64,000 nucleotides of DNA from the human T2T-CHM13v2.0 reference genome, Homo sapiens: assembly GCF_009914755.1 (NCBI RefSeq), contig NC_060934.1, one strand, 5' to 3'. Under the pieces are notes generated by a model. That model made no database searches, had not been told where the DNA came from, and saw only the letters and a program-made list of their open reading frames with translations. The position numbers and the translations under genes were made by a program. Below are positions 1 to 14,397 of the stretch, piece after piece. Each line of letters begins with the position of its first letter. Position 1 is the stretch's first letter.

Positions 1-737
1 ATATGCACCATTATTTTTCCTAATATATGTAGATACTGTTAGAAAACAAATTAAACTTAAAATTGCTGTTGAATGTATATTCGCATTTGGTCATTACTAT
101 CCACCAATGAATTTTACAATGATAGCTACTATGGGGTGGACGGTAGTTGGCAAAATGTCTTGATGTATAAAAGGGGTTCCCATATTTTAGAAAAGGAGGT
201 TTGGAGGCCACATGCAGACTTGGAGGAGAATCTCTGTGTAGACTTCCTGTAGAGACCACTGTGGGGCATGGAGGAAGGGAGCCGGGTGCTGGGGGGAGGA
301 CCCATGATGAGGGAGGTTCCAGAGGGAGTTACGCCTTGTGAGCCACATCCCCCAGCTTCTAGATCCTTCCCATGTTTGGTCTCCTTTTGCTCTCTCACCC
401 TGGCCTCCAGGGGAGTATCACTGGAACATCCCAGCCTTGCTGCTGCCATGCTGTGAGCCTATGAGGGCCAGGACCAGAGCTACACTCTGAAGAGTCCATG
501 GAGAGGCAGCCGCTGCCCTCATGGGCACAGCAGGCAGCAGCAACGGAGAGGCTCGGAGACAGAGGCTCATCCTCACACACTGAGTTCCCCTCCCACACAG
601 CTCAGTTTCTCTTCCCACAGGGAAATCCTCTCTTTCCAGGCCCAACCTTACCGTTCTGGGTTTTGCTTTATCAAGCAAGAAATTATTTCTCATCACTCCC
701 TCAATCTACAAGAATTCCTTCTGCAGAAGCGGGGTGA

Positions 738-1079
<342 letters not shown>

Positions 1080-1362
1080 AGATTTCTTTTTTTTTTTTTC
1101 TAATTTGAAGTAGAATCTTGAGGCGCAAGAGATTTGGCATTTTCAGGGTGTACAGTTCCCAAGTTAAGTGGCACATATAAAAGGTAAATATTTGCCATTA
1201 AAAGAAGGAGACAAAGAACAGCAAATGTTTCTTACCTAAGCCTGCAGAACAGCTACATGAATGTGTTTTCCAGACTGACTGAAGGGCCACAAAGGACCCA
1301 AAAGAGTCACGGAATATTCATAGACAATCACAGATTTGCATGTGGTACTTGCGGCACTTAGG

Positions 1363-1674
1363 TTTTTTTTTTTTTTTTTCTGTTTTTATTTTGAGATGGA
1401 GTTTTGCTCTTGTTGCCCAGGCTGGAGTGCAGTGGTGGGATCTCAGTTCACCACAACCTCCGCCTCCCAGGTTCAAGCAATTTTTCTGCCTAAAGCTTTC
1501 CCGAGTAGCTGGGATTACAGGCACCTGCCACCACACCTGGCTAATTTTGTATTTTTAGTAGAAATGGGGTTTCTCCATGTTGGTCAGGCTGGTCTCGAAC
1601 TCCTGACCTCAGGTGATCCACCCGGCCTCGGCCTCCCAAAGTGCTGGGATTATAGGCGTGAGTCACCACCACCA
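1363..1674 (-). mobile_element. Alu (AluSp/Sq-like)
   Basis: Reverse-complement Alu; TSD-like gcggcacttag / gcgggacttag. Confidence 0.95.
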
Positions 1675-4141
1675 GCGGGACTTAGTTTTGAGTACTGCTT
1701 CCGCAGCTTCCTCCAGACCCAGACGTGGTGCAGGGGGCCTGGGGCTATGAGATAAGCAGGCCTCAGAAAGCACAACCAGCAGGACTCCCTCCTCTGCCAC
1801 TGTGTTTTGCTAACTTGGGCATCCTCTCTGGGCCTCAGCTACTTCATCTGTAAGATGGGGGTGCTGGCCAACAGCCTTACCACTCCTAGGAAGCACAGCC
1901 TTTCTACCCTGGAGCAGGAGTCCTGGCCTGCTGTTAACCATTCACCTCAGCATCCCTGGCACCATCGGCTCTTGGTCATGGGGTCTCCCTACAGTTTCCA
2001 AAGGGCTTTCAGGTGTTGGTAACAACAGTGAACACTGACAGTGTGCCCCAAGCTGTACCAAGTGCTTTATGATGCTAACGCATCGAAACTTCACATCTCC
2101 ACGAGGAAGGTGCCAGTGTTATCATTTCTGCCTTAGAGATGAGAAGGTGGAGCCATGGACAGATGCAGTGAATCGCCCAGTTGCCCAGCAGAGGTCCGAG
2201 AGATCCCAGAGCCGGTATCTACTGTGCCCCTGTTACACTGCCCACCCTATCCCACGCCCAGCAGCCACCATATACCAAGCTTTGTGCAGGGATTTGGGAT
2301 TCAACAGAGAATGAGACAGACCCAGGCCCCATTCTCATGATTCCCATGGGAGCGATGAATACAAGTGATTATATTATAAGCTGGGAAAGTGCCACAACAG
2401 CACTGTTACCATGTGGTGAGAGAGATGGGTCATTTCATTTGGGTATTGCAGGAGGAGTAAGAGTTTGTGAGGCGGAGAAGGGAAGGAAGGAGCGTTCCAG
2501 GGAGAGGATACAGTGTGGGCCAAGGTACAGCAGCGTGAAAGGGTAAGTTGTAGCTGAAGATCGGGAAGAAGTTCAGAGCGGGAAAGAGTGTCAGAATGTG
2601 TATCAGGTGGGAATGTGTATCAGAGGAGACTGGGGAGGGGCTTCAGAGGCTTCACACTTACGAGGTGGGTATTTATCCCCATTCTCCAGATACTGACATT
2701 GAGGCTTGACAAGGGGAAGTGACTTGCAGGTGTCTGAGCTAGGACTGGAAACCAGTCTCCTGTCCTTAGGCGCAGCTCATCCCTCTGCCCAGGAAATCTG
2801 CGTAACATCTTAAGTCTTTCCGGGGCTGCACGGGCTGAGGGGGACTGGCTCCCAGACACCGCACACCAGCAGCCTCGAAGCCAGCTGGTCCTGCCAGGCC
2901 TGTGTATAGGGGAGGGCTGAGCAGAAGAGCGCCCCCCATTAACCAGCAGAGACATGAGGTCAGGAGCAGCAGTGAGTCACCTCTGGCAGCTTTTAAAGGA
3001 CAGAGGCCAAGGAGGCAGAGAGAATTGCACTTTTCAGAAGAATTACAAACAAAACAGATGGTGGGAATACAGTTGGTAGAATATTTTTGCACTTTAATAA
3101 AGCAATTTTTATGTGGGCCACTGAATTTCCCTTCCCTAAATGAGCATCAGCCGGCTCGGAGAGGCAGCTCTGAGTCACCTGCAAGCAATTAGCTGAAAGG
3201 CGGTGGCATGTGTGGGTGGGGCTGGGGCACCAGCAATACCAGGGGCAGTGGAGGCGGGAGGGAAGGGGGGGAGGGGGAAGGGGGGAGGGAGAATGGTTGG
3301 GGTGGCTGCCTGAGCCAGTGACTCCCAGTGGAGCTGGCGGAGGCAAATAGATGATTGGTGTTGTTTTTATTTTCCGGGTTTGGGAGTGAGCTGCCTCAGC
3401 CCGCTGCCAGCTGGGAAGTGGAGGGTGGGCATGTGGGGCTTGGGGGTGGGTTCCGAGCAACCAGGTTGGCGGTGGGGGAGCCCTCGACCAGGGCCATAAG
3501 CAGAAATGCTTATTTTCAGCTGGAGGTCCGTCTGCACCGAGGAGCAGCAGGGACAGGCCAGGGTGAAGAGGGGCTGTGGAACTTGGTGGGGGGGGGTCCA
3601 CTGAGCAAGGCAGGGTCCACTGAGAAGGGACCCCACAGCAAGATGTCGCTATGAGAGCTCTGCACAACACAGTGGGCCCTCTGGGAACCCCGCATGCACT
3701 CATTACCCATGGACGGAGGTGGGGAGTACAGGTGAGGGCCTGCGTCCTCTGGGTGTGCTCCCGCGGGAGCAGACACGATGTACATGGGGCAAGGCTGAGG
3801 CTGTCTGAGAGATGCACACGTGTACACACTCACATACATGTCCGTGTACTCACACATGCGCACTGCACCTTGCTGCAAAGTCATGGGGAGGCAGCGCGTG
3901 ACTCATGGAGGCAGGAAGGGGGCAGGGGCCCTGGGGGCAGGCAAGCTGAAGCCTTGTGAGTGCTGGCAGGGGAGCTTCCCGCCGGCCCCTCCCCTCTACT
4001 CCTCAGTCATGCGGGACCTCAAGGCAGGCCTTTCTCAGATTCATGTTGTTGACATTCCCGCTTCTCACCCCAACTGCTCAGAATTGGAAACAATCTAACT
4101 GTCCTTCCAGAGGGGACTGGGTAAATAGATGATGAGTGTGA

Positions 4142-4538
<397 letters not shown>

Positions 4539-4772
4539 TGGACATAGGTTAAGAGGGGGAAAAAAAGCAAGTTACAGAAACAATTGGAAAATATCATTCT
4601 TTTGATTTTAAAAATTGCCAAGAAATATGTGTCTGTAAGTGTGTTCCTGTGTATATGACACGTAATAAAGGCATATCACAAGCATGACCTGTCCAACCTG
4701 GACCACTGTGTTGGAAAACTGCTCCTTGTTGCCCCTTCCTCTCTGCACTCCCAATCCATTCCTCTGTTCTGC

Positions 4773-5095
<323 letters not shown>

Positions 5096-6639
5096 GCATT
5101 TTCTTTTTTTGTAGCCCATTATATCTTCTAACATTTTATATATTTACCTATTTACTATGTGTATTATGTATATAAGTTCCTTCTACTGGAACGTAGATGG
5201 CTTGTGGCAAGGATCTTCAGTTTTATGTTTGGCACACAGTACGTGCTCAGTAAATATGTAGTCACTAAATGAATCAAATGATATTGAGGGAAGGTGAAGG
5301 AAGAAACATTTACTTTTTCCTTAATATTCCAAACAGTGGTGAAATGATGAGTAATTTTTCTTCTTTTAAAAATAGTTTTCTTATTTTCCTATAATCAATA
5401 TACATTGTTTTTACAATCAGAAAAAAAAAATTTCCCAAACATTCCCGTTCTTTGGACTGGACCTTCCCACTTCTGGGCCTTTGGCCAAGCCAGCCCAACT
5501 CCTAGAATGGTCTCCTTAGGCCCTCGTCCACCCCTTCTAAGCTCCTACTGTCCTTCTAGACCTAATTCCAGTCCCACTTCCTCTGGGAAGCTGCCCAGAA
5601 CAAAACTGATTTCTCTCGCCTGAGTCCTCTCATGGCCACGGGGCCAGTATGGCGGTGTGTCCAGATCTGCCTTGCATGAGAGTCCCGTGTCCATCTGCCT
5701 TCCTCCGCCCACTGCCAGCCTGGAGGGCAGGGGGCATTTCTTCTCTGCCTCTTTCCCCATGTCTCTGCCTCTCTTGGTCTTCCACAGGTTCACCTCTGTC
5801 TTTCTGTCGCCCCCTGTTCTCGCACCCCCATGTCCTTCCCTCCATCTGGCCTTCTCCACTGGCGCCCTCGCTCCTGCTCCATTGCTGGCTCCCCCATCGG
5901 TCAGGAAGGGCTGTGCTGAGCTCCACTCATAAAAGATCCAGAGGGGCCTTGGAGCTGCAGGGATGGAACTGCCCCGCCTCTCGCTGTGTCCCTGGCGGCT
6001 GGGTTGGCCACCTGCTGAGGCGCCTCGTGACCCAAGGGCCCTGCCCCTAGAGCAGCCTGCCTTCTAGTGCCGCTGGGAATGGACCCTGTCAACAGAGAGA
6101 GGAGTCTGCCGGGAGGCCCCTTAGAGCAGTTTGAGCCAGAGTTCAGACCAAGAACAAATCCCAGGGCCTTGCAAAATAGCAAGGACTTGCACCAGGCGGA
6201 GCTCCCAATGAAGTGCAGTGTACATAAGCCTGAGTGTGGGGAGTAGGTGCCCAGAAGGGGCTCTTGAGCCTCCTTCTCCCCACCACATGACCTGGCTAAG
6301 GCTTTCCAGTTAAAAAAGCAATCTATTCTCCTGGCAGGGCAGATTCTGGCCAGAGAAGGGACCAAGTGAGGCCCCTAATACACCTCTTAAAATAGCAGAG
6401 GCTGCCCCTGAGATGTGGGGAAGGAGAATCTCAGCCCCCATTCTGCCCTTGCCATTGATTTGCGAGGTGAGCCTCAATGTCCTTATTGGCACAACGGAGT
6501 GGGGGAGTTGATATCCAACCAGAACCCTGGATAAGCAACCACCTACGATACCGTGGTGGTCACCTTGGTGCTTGGCTGGCTGCACAAAGCAGCTACCAGA
6601 GGTGTTAAGCCACAGTCAGGAACTCAGACCGTGGCGTCA

Positions 6640-6850
6640 GGGAGGTGGGATCCAAATCCAGCTCTCCTTACTCTGTAGATGTGTGGTTTGGGGCAAGTTA
6701 CTTGACCTCAGCCTCAGTTTTCTGACCTGTAAAATGTGGGTTATGTTACCTGATTCTTCAAGTTGTGAAAATCAAATGAAGTGACTTAGGCAAACCACTC
6801 AGCCCAGTGCCTGGCACATACTAATTGCTTGATAAGTGTCGGCTACTGCT
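6640..6850 (+). mobile_element. MIR SINE
   Basis: ggcaagttacttgacctc...cctcagttttct...ctgtaaaatg MIR core. Confidence 0.7.
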
Positions 6851-7129
6851 ACTTTGCAAGACAGGACTATGTATTTAAAAGGTATCTTGTGCCTTTAGGG
6901 CCAGCTTAGCACATAGCTGCCTTAGGAGTGATAAACACTCCAACCTCAGGCTGACTTATCCAGGGTGAAATAGCCCAAGAAAATGATCATATAACCAGGC
7001 TCTGGGTCCCCTAAATATTTATTGCTTCTTTTTCAGACTACACATAAATATTATGTGTTCCCTATAAAAATTGGAGCACACACACACGACAAAACATATG
7101 GAAGAAAATAAAAACCACACGCTCAAGGA

Positions 7130-7330
7130 AGCCTGGGTTTGAATCCCAGTGCTGCCATTTAAGTATCATGTGACCTTGGCAGGTTTCTTAATTGTTCTGA
7201 TCTTCAGTTTTCCCATGTGTAACATGGGGATAATATTGCTCATCTCACAAGGTAGTCATGAGGATTAAATGAAGTAATAAGAGTGAAGTGCTTGGCACTG
7301 TGTCTAGAATAAGTGAGAGTTACTATATTA
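7130..7330 (+). mobile_element. MIR SINE
   Basis: ctgggtttgaatccc...tgtgaccttgg...gggataat...gaggattaaatga. Confidence 0.7.
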
Positions 7331-7679
7331 ATCCAGCCACTCTGACAGAATCACTGTTCTCACTTTTTGCATTGCCTTTCAGTTTTTTTTCTGCACATAT
7401 GTGTGTATAATATTAACATTTGTATTTACTAATTTGAGACCATAGTGCCTATTCCTTTTATATTAAAATGGTATCATCTCATGAGGTGTGAACACCTGGG
7501 GAAGGTGTCTGATTTTGAACCTAGGAATGTTTGACTCCAGTGCTTTCTGAACCATTGCATTTCAGTGAAGACACTCTGGGCTCCTCTACTCCTGCTGGTG
7601 TTTCTCAATGTTTTTTCCATCACTGTAATCCCCTTACCCTGCCAGAAGCCTCTTTAGACTTTTTCCCCAATTCCCCCCA

Positions 7680-8520
7680 TACATTTATTTTAAAATGTTG
7701 TATTTTAAAATAATTATAGATTCACAGGAAATTGCAAAGATAGTACAGAGAGCTCCTCTGCGCCCTTCACCCAGTTTCACCCAATGGTTGCAGGTTGCCT
7801 ACCCAGGGATCTGCCATGGCATGAGGCACCACAAAGACCCTCTCGGGCTGCCCTTGATGATGGTCACACCCACCCCTCTCTCTTCCACCATCTCTAAGCC
7901 CTGCCAACCACCAATCTGTTTTCCGTCTTTATAATTTTGTCATTTTGAGAATGTTATGTAAACAAAAATCTACCATACGTGACTTTTGGAGATGAGCTTT
8001 TTCTCCCCTTTTCTCACTCACCATAGTGCCCTGGTGATCTACCAAGTTTTTGCACGTATCAATAGTTTATTCTTCTCATAGCTGAATAATATTCCATGGA
8101 AGGGCTGTATCACAGTCACTTGAACTATTAACACCTAGGTTGTTTCTAGTTCTGGGCTATTAAGTATAAAGATACTATGAACAAATGTAAAGATGTTTGT
8201 GTGGATATAAGTTTTCATTCGTGTGAGATAAGTGGCTTGCGATATGATAGCTGGGTCATAGGGTAGCAGTTGTTTGCTTAGGTTTGTTTTGTTTTCTTAA
8301 AATAAACTGTCAAACGATTTTCCAGTGTAGCTGTATCATTTTACATTTCCACCAGTGATGTAGGAGAGATCCAGTTTCTCTGATCTCCAGAAGCTACCTG
8401 GATCCTTGTCAGCACTTGGTATTGTTGCTATTTTTAATTTTTGTTCTAATAGGTGTGTAGTGATAGTTCCATTAATGCCACAGATATACTGTATATCTGT
8501 TCATGTGCTATATGCATGTT
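7680..8520 (-). mobile_element. Old L1 (L1M) 3' region
   Basis: AT-rich L1 3'-type sequence (ttttacatttccaccagtgatgtaggagag, gctgaataatattccatgg). Confidence 0.7.
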
Positions 8521-8525
8521 GATGC

Positions 8526-8827
8526 TTTTTTTATTTTTTGAGACAGAGTCTCACTCACTCCAGCATAGGCTGGAGTGCAGTGGTGCAATCACGGCTCACT
8601 GCAGCCTCTACCTCCCTGGGCTCAGGCGAGCCTCCCACCTCAGTCTCCCAGGTAGCTGGGACTACAGGCATGCGCCACCACGCTTGGCTATTTTTTTTGT
8701 ACTTTTGGTAGAGATGAGGTTTCGCCATGTTGCCCAGGCTAGTCTCGAACTCTTGAGCTCAAGGGATCCACCTGCCTCAGCCTCCCAAAGTATTAGGATT
8801 ATAGGCATGAGCCACTGTGCCCAGCCC
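8526..8827 (-). mobile_element. Alu (AluJ-like)
   Basis: Reverse-complement Alu; TSD tgatgcttt. Confidence 0.93.
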
Positions 8828-8837
8828 CTGATGCTTT

Positions 8838-8840
<3 letters not shown>

Positions 8841-8898
<58 letters not shown>
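8841..8898. repeat. (AT)29 pure microsatellite
   Basis: 58 nt uninterrupted. Confidence 0.97.
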
Positions 8899-8901
<3 letters not shown>

Positions 8902-9377
8902 AGGATTTTGTCATCCCCCTGCCCTTGCCAAGAACCCACTCTCTCCCCTTTGGGGTGACTTCACTCCCGTTGAGAACGCATGGTTTCCCAAGCCTTCTGT
9001 CCAAGACTGAACCAGCTCCCAAGAGGCCAGGGAAACAGCTGGTTTGGACACGTTTGGTGCAGCCCAGCATTTGAACAAGCCTACAGCCTTGAACAAATGG
9101 AGGATTAAACACTCTGACCCCAAGGTGAACTAATTCCACAGAGGCACTGGGGTGGGGACTCCAGCAAGTGAGATGCATGAAAATCTAACCAGCACTTCCC
9201 ACTCGCCTCTTCTTGAGCTCAGGCTCATCTCAGAGTAGGGTTTGTCCCCAGTAGCTGGTGTCCACCATGGCTGTCACAGTAGAGCGGAGCGGTGCCCAAG
9301 GATGCTCGGGCTGTGAGTCCCTGAATCAGTCAGCATCCTGATAACAGCTCACTGTCCCCCACCGGACCCCGACTCAC

Positions 9378-9546
9378 CCAGGCCAAAGTGTGCCACGGGC
9401 TCCATCTCACACAGGTAGCCTGAGCCCCCGTCGATGATCCTCAGGTGGGCCCCACTCTTCTTGGTGTAGAGCACGACCTTAGCTCCCCTGGCAAAGGCCC
9501 CAAACCGGGTGCGTGGCACCACTCGCAGCCAGTTGTTGTTGAAGCC
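9378..9546 (-). CDS. CRTAC1: CRTAC1 exon 11 (169 nt), GFNNNWLRVVPRTRFGAFARGAKVVLYTKKSGAHLRIIDGGSGYLCEMEPVAHFGL (ASPIC/UnbV domain start)
   Basis: Translated by hand (the ORF track does not list this frame); acceptor gcag|GGC, donor CTG G|gtgagt. Confidence 0.96.
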
Positions 9547-10017
9547 CTGCAGAGAGGGTGAGAGGCAGACACCCGGTGGGCATCAGCATGGTGGGTGGGA
9601 AGAGCAGGGAGCCAGGGAGGACGGGAGGGGGAGAGGGAGAAGAAGGAGGAAGAGAAGAAAGCAGGCAGAGGAAAAAGATAGAAACAGGAAGCCAAACAAG
9701 AAAAATGAATGAGGCGAAGACAGATTGGCTGAATGAAGGAGAGGCACTGCAGACAGAGGAGACAAAAGCCGAGGGACTCAGGGCACAGTGTTTGGCAGAT
9801 AAATGATACTGGAAGGCAGAGAGGCAAGGGCTTCTCCCAAGGCGGCCCTTCCTGAGCTTCCCGGTGCTGCTGGAATTTACTTCCCTCCTCCAGGGCCCGG
9901 GACTTCCATTACCCACCATGCTGGCCAAGCCAGCACCCCGGCACCTTGCCCTCACCAACTCAAGGTACCCGAGAGCACACAGGGCTGGGATCTGTGGCTC
10001 CTGAGGTCTTAGCGCAC

Positions 10018-10118
10018 CTGATTTCCCCGGAAGACGGACAGCGGCTGAGCCATGGACTCTCCATGGGACAAGATGAGGTCCAGCATCCCGTCTCCGTCGA
10101 AGTCGGTCACCACACCCC
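10018..10118 (-). CDS. CRTAC1: CRTAC1 exon 10 (101 nt), GVVTDFDGDGMLDLILSHGESMAQPLSVFRGNQ
   Basis: Acceptor gtag|GG GGT, donor CAG|gtgcgc; DFDGDG motif. Confidence 0.97.
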
Positions 10119-11042
10119 CTACAAACAATGCAGATTTCACCTCTGGCCGTAATCCAGGAGACCCACAAAGGAGACACGCTCCCAACCAAGTGCAGTATCC
10201 ACAGCCCTGGGCGTGGGAGCCAGAGAAAGCACAGCACCGGGGCAGGAAGGCTGGGGCTTGGCACCCATCTCCTATCCTTCCTAACAGCAGCCTCATGATA
10301 GGACTCACGGGACAGACATTTCCTTCCTTCCCCTGGTCTTTGCATGGAGAGGGTGTGTGCAAATTACTCAGACCACATGGTCTTCTTTCTGGTCTTTCTA
10401 TTATGGTTTGAATAATACACACCTGTTATATTTGCACAGGTTTTTTTTTTGTCAATTTACCAAGTGTTTGCATATACATAGGCTCCTTTTGGTCGTCATT
10501 ACAACCCAAAGAGGTGAAGAGGGCAGATATAATTATCCCCATTTTATGAATGTGGAGAACAAGACCCAGAGGGTAAAGTCACTTTTCCAAGACCACAAAG
10601 TGAGGCAATGGCAGAGCTGGGTTCTGGGACCCCTGGCCCAGTGCTCTGTCTGACAACAAGCTGAGTGCCAAGAGGGGAGGGGTCAGATGGCAAGATCCTC
10701 TGCCTGAGAGCAGAAGGGGCTCTCTCCTCTCCTTTCCATCCCCACCTGGCAAGGCATGGCCAGAGAAGCTCCTGCCCACAGACCCACAGATTCCCATTCC
10801 CCCACCCCCCATCAGCCTGGGATTGGGGGAGTGGACCATCCTCTCCTCTGCTTCCTGCCTGGCCATCCCCAGGGTTCTCCCATCTCCACTCTCACCCCTG
10901 CCCTTGAGTCTCAGCCCTCAGTGTGGCAGGGACAGGAGTGGCTCTGCTGTGGGACTGGCTGCCCCGTCCCTCCCGCCCTCACCCCAGTGTATGAACAGTG
11001 CTAAGGGGGCAGTGCAGGCCAGATCCCCCAGGTGCCCCTCAC

Positions 11043-11125
11043 CTGTGCCCCGGCCCTCAGGCTCCAAGGCGTCGCCGGGATTGAGCTCCTCGATGAGGGG
11101 GTCTCCGTGCTCTCTACGGATGACG
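11043..11125 (-). CDS. CRTAC1: CRTAC1 exon 9 (83 nt), VIRREHGDPLIEELNPGDALEPEGRGT
   Basis: Acceptor gcag|C GTC, donor ACA G|gtgagg; phase 2 in, phase 1 out. Confidence 0.96.
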
Positions 11126-12299
11126 CTGCAGGAGAGGAGACAGGCTTGCTCTGGTGGGGTCTCAGAGGCCGCTGGACCAGAAGGCCCACCTGCTCCATTC
11201 TGTCCCCTGAGCATCCCCGGGTCCCAATGTGCATGGGCTACCACCTGGCTGCCCACGGAGCCACTCTCTGCTCCCAGGCCCTGCCTATACTCTGCCTGTT
11301 CCCTGCCTGGGTTTTAATTTATGTTGGTAAATATTGATTTTTCCTTCTCTAATGGATGAATTATAGGCAGCCTGGGGAAGGGCAGTTGATGGATGAAGAA
11401 GGGGCAGGGACACAACTACCTTCAACCAACCTTCCTTGTCCTTCAAGTGGCCCCTGGGTTTCCTAGTTCTGGATGCTACCCAGGGTTTAACCCCACTCAA
11501 TGCTACCTCCTCCATGCCCTCTTGGACCATCCTGCTGGAAGCAATCCCTTCTTTCTTCATGGGCTTTATTACTTTCTGCCTGTGTTACAGCTCTGTATAA
11601 ATGCATCTGATCTCCCCTGGTAGAATGTGAGCTCTCTGCAGGCTGGGACCTTGCATTGTTCATCTTTGCTTCTCTTGCAGTATCTAACACAGTGCTTGGC
11701 TCTCAGAAAGCTCCAAGCACATGTCTGCAGGATACAAAGGTGAATTCCAGAGGCAAAGAGAGGAAAGGGGTCCCTTTGGGTTGCAGCGGTTCTGTTTGGA
11801 ACTCTGAATCTTGATGTTATTTATTTCAGAAACGTCTGCTAGAAAAGTCCTGCTCTTTCTCTGCACTCAGCTGATGATGGCAGTGAGCTTTCCTCTAGAA
11901 TTTTTCTCACTTGGTGTATTCTCACAGCCTTGGGTGCTCTGCCCTAGATGTGTGGGGCAATGATGGGAAGGTAGGGCGTAAGGAAGAATTGGCATCGCAC
12001 TTCCTACCACATTGCAGGTTGCATGTGAGAAACACCAGAGGGCCGTGATACAGTCATAGCTTCAGGAGGGGGTCGGAGTCCCCTGAGCTGGAGCCTTTGG
12101 TGGCTGGGTGGCAGAAAGAGCTGGCAGATGCCCCATGAGGTGGGCTTGTGTGTTGGTGTGCATGAGTGTGATGCCCACAGTCCCTTTGACCATATGTGTC
12201 CTGCAGATTCTGCCACAGCTGTGCAGAGACACTTCTTGGTTCAGGTGACAATGCAGTTAAGGAGTCCTAAGGATAACACCCAGCAATCAATTCCACTGC

Positions 12300-12850
12300 A
12301 TTTCTGTGTTCATTGAACACATTCTTAGGCAGCAACTATTGTGTGCCGGGCCCTGTGTGAGGTATGGTGCACAGCAGAAAGGATGGAGCTCAGAGTCCGT
12401 GTTAACAGGAACCACCGTTCAGAGGGCTGAAGGCCTAGGGAGAGTGGGTCATGGGGAGTCCAGAGTTGGGGAAGCTCACCCAGATTCGGGCAATCAGGGA
12501 AGTCTCCCTAGAGGAAGGGTCAGCTAAGCTGAGACCACCATGGTGAGTGAGCACATGTTGCTCAGATGAAGAGGGATAATTGGGGGCTAGAGGGAGTGGG
12601 CAGCCTGAGGGTGAGGCCTGGCATAGCCCAGAACTGAAGAAAGCTTGTTGTGCCTGCTGCTTAGATGTAAACAGGGAAGTAGAAAGTGACAAGGCTGGAG
12701 ACGCAGCCAAGCTGGGCTATGTGGATTGTGTCAAAGAGTTTGGACTTCATCCAAAGGCAATGGGGAGCTTCTAGAAGGTTTTCGGTGGGAAAGGGGTGTG
12801 GCCAGACTTGCATTTTCAACGGCTCTGTCTGCAGGACTAGAGACAAGGAG
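12300..12850 (-). mobile_element. L2 fragment
   Basis: Degenerate L2-like 3' sequence (gagtttggacttcatcc...ggagcttctagaaggttt). Confidence 0.5.
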
Positions 12851-14097
12851 AGCAGCTGGGGGAGGTGCAGGAATCTCCGTGGGAGACCAGGAGTGGTGTC
12901 ATGGTGGAGAGTGAAGAGCAGGTTGGAGACATGGCTAGATGTGAAAGGGGGTGACCCTGCACACCGCAGTTGGCCTAGGAGTGTCCTTGTTCATGCCTTT
13001 TTGCCTCTGTGATTCTTTTTCTTTTTTCCTTCTTCTTTTTTTTGCTGTAATTATTAAGAGGGCTCCCTTTCACTCTCATTAAGTGACTGTTTGGGTGCTG
13101 AGTTCCCTGGGTGCTGCAGGTATCATTAAAGGACGTGCAGACTCAAGCACACTGAGGCTTTATGTCCCCACAGAGTTCCTGGCATGTTCCTGGAGAGCAC
13201 CAGGGCCAAGGAGCCCACAGTGCCTGTTCAGTGACAGGTGAAAAGCCCCCGTGGTGTGGGACAGTTGGGGGTTAAACTTCCAGAGCTGCCAGCTGAGTGC
13301 CAGTCCCAGCTGCAGCCCCTCTCGCTGTCCTCTCTGCTGCGTGCTCAGGACCCAGCCATCTGCCACAGGGACTTGGGGCACAGCCACGTACCTGGGAAGT
13401 GGCTTCTGCTGCTGCTGTGTGGAGGCAAACACACTAACCCATTGGGCAGCCACGTGGTGACTTGCTCTGTCCATTGACAGCTCTGGGCCAGCCTGCCTTG
13501 TCCTTCCACCCAGCCCTTTCTCCCCGCTGCAGGGGACGCTGGGAGATTTGAAGCAGGCTGGATGGGCAGGATGGGCAGGCAGACAGAGACTAGGTTCTCG
13601 GGCCACAGAGACAGGAGCACTAGATTCCTCAGTGCTCAGGCCTCGTCCTCCTGGCGAGTGACACTTTATTAGCCAGAGAAGGAAAGCAGTGTCTCTGTTA
13701 ACTAGCAATTGATCTTCTGCAATTTATCTGGAAGTTGTGAATAAGCTTTTCGCAAGGCACCTAATTAGTAAATCTAGCGCCTTCAGGGGGTGATTACATC
13801 CAGTCAGGATTGATGCTTTGTTAATAATTATATTTTAAAACACGCTTAGTCACACTCATGCCTTTTAGTATAAATAGTTGGGCCCTCCCAGGAGATGGGG
13901 TAGGGGTCTTGGGGGGCCGAGCCAGTGATCTGGCCCATGTCCTGGATCCAAGGCCCTGGCACACCCTCCTTTCCCCACCTGGTCCTGAGCCCCATTGGAA
14001 TGTTTTAAGCCAGGAACAGGGACATCTCAGGCCACATGCCTGTCCAGGACTCCACCTATCCAGGACTCATGGGGAGACCCTGAGCTCAGTTCCCCAA

Positions 14098-14291
14098 CAG
14101 TGGTTCTCAAACTTCAGTGTGATGAGAATCACCTGGTGCCTACTGTACTTGTTAAAATACAGATTCCTGGGCCTCACCCCCTGAGATTCTAAGTCAGGGG
14201 CTGTGGGGTAGGTCCCGGGATTCTGTACTTTAAGCACTCTGGGTGATTCTGATGCCAATGGTCTCTGGACGTCCCCTTGGAGAAATATTGC
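14098..14291. mobile_element. MER5-type hAT-Charlie DNA transposon
   Basis: cagtggttctcaaact...gaatcacctgg...cagattcctgggcc...gagaaatattg. Confidence 0.8.
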
Positions 14292-14397
14292 CGCAGCAAA
14301 TCCAGCCCTTCCTCCCTAGACACACTGCTCAGAGGCCTGCACATTCCCTCCATTTCTGAAACCCTTTTCCTTGTCTACCAGGAACCCTTGTCATCCA

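Noticed and set aside
2993-3829. 278-aa minus-strand ORF (also 9479..10345, 24977..25633, 29628..30245, 37488..38249, 51862..52503)
   Set aside because: No recognisable domain, GC-rich low-stop composition, and several are shadows of real exons or overlap repeats.
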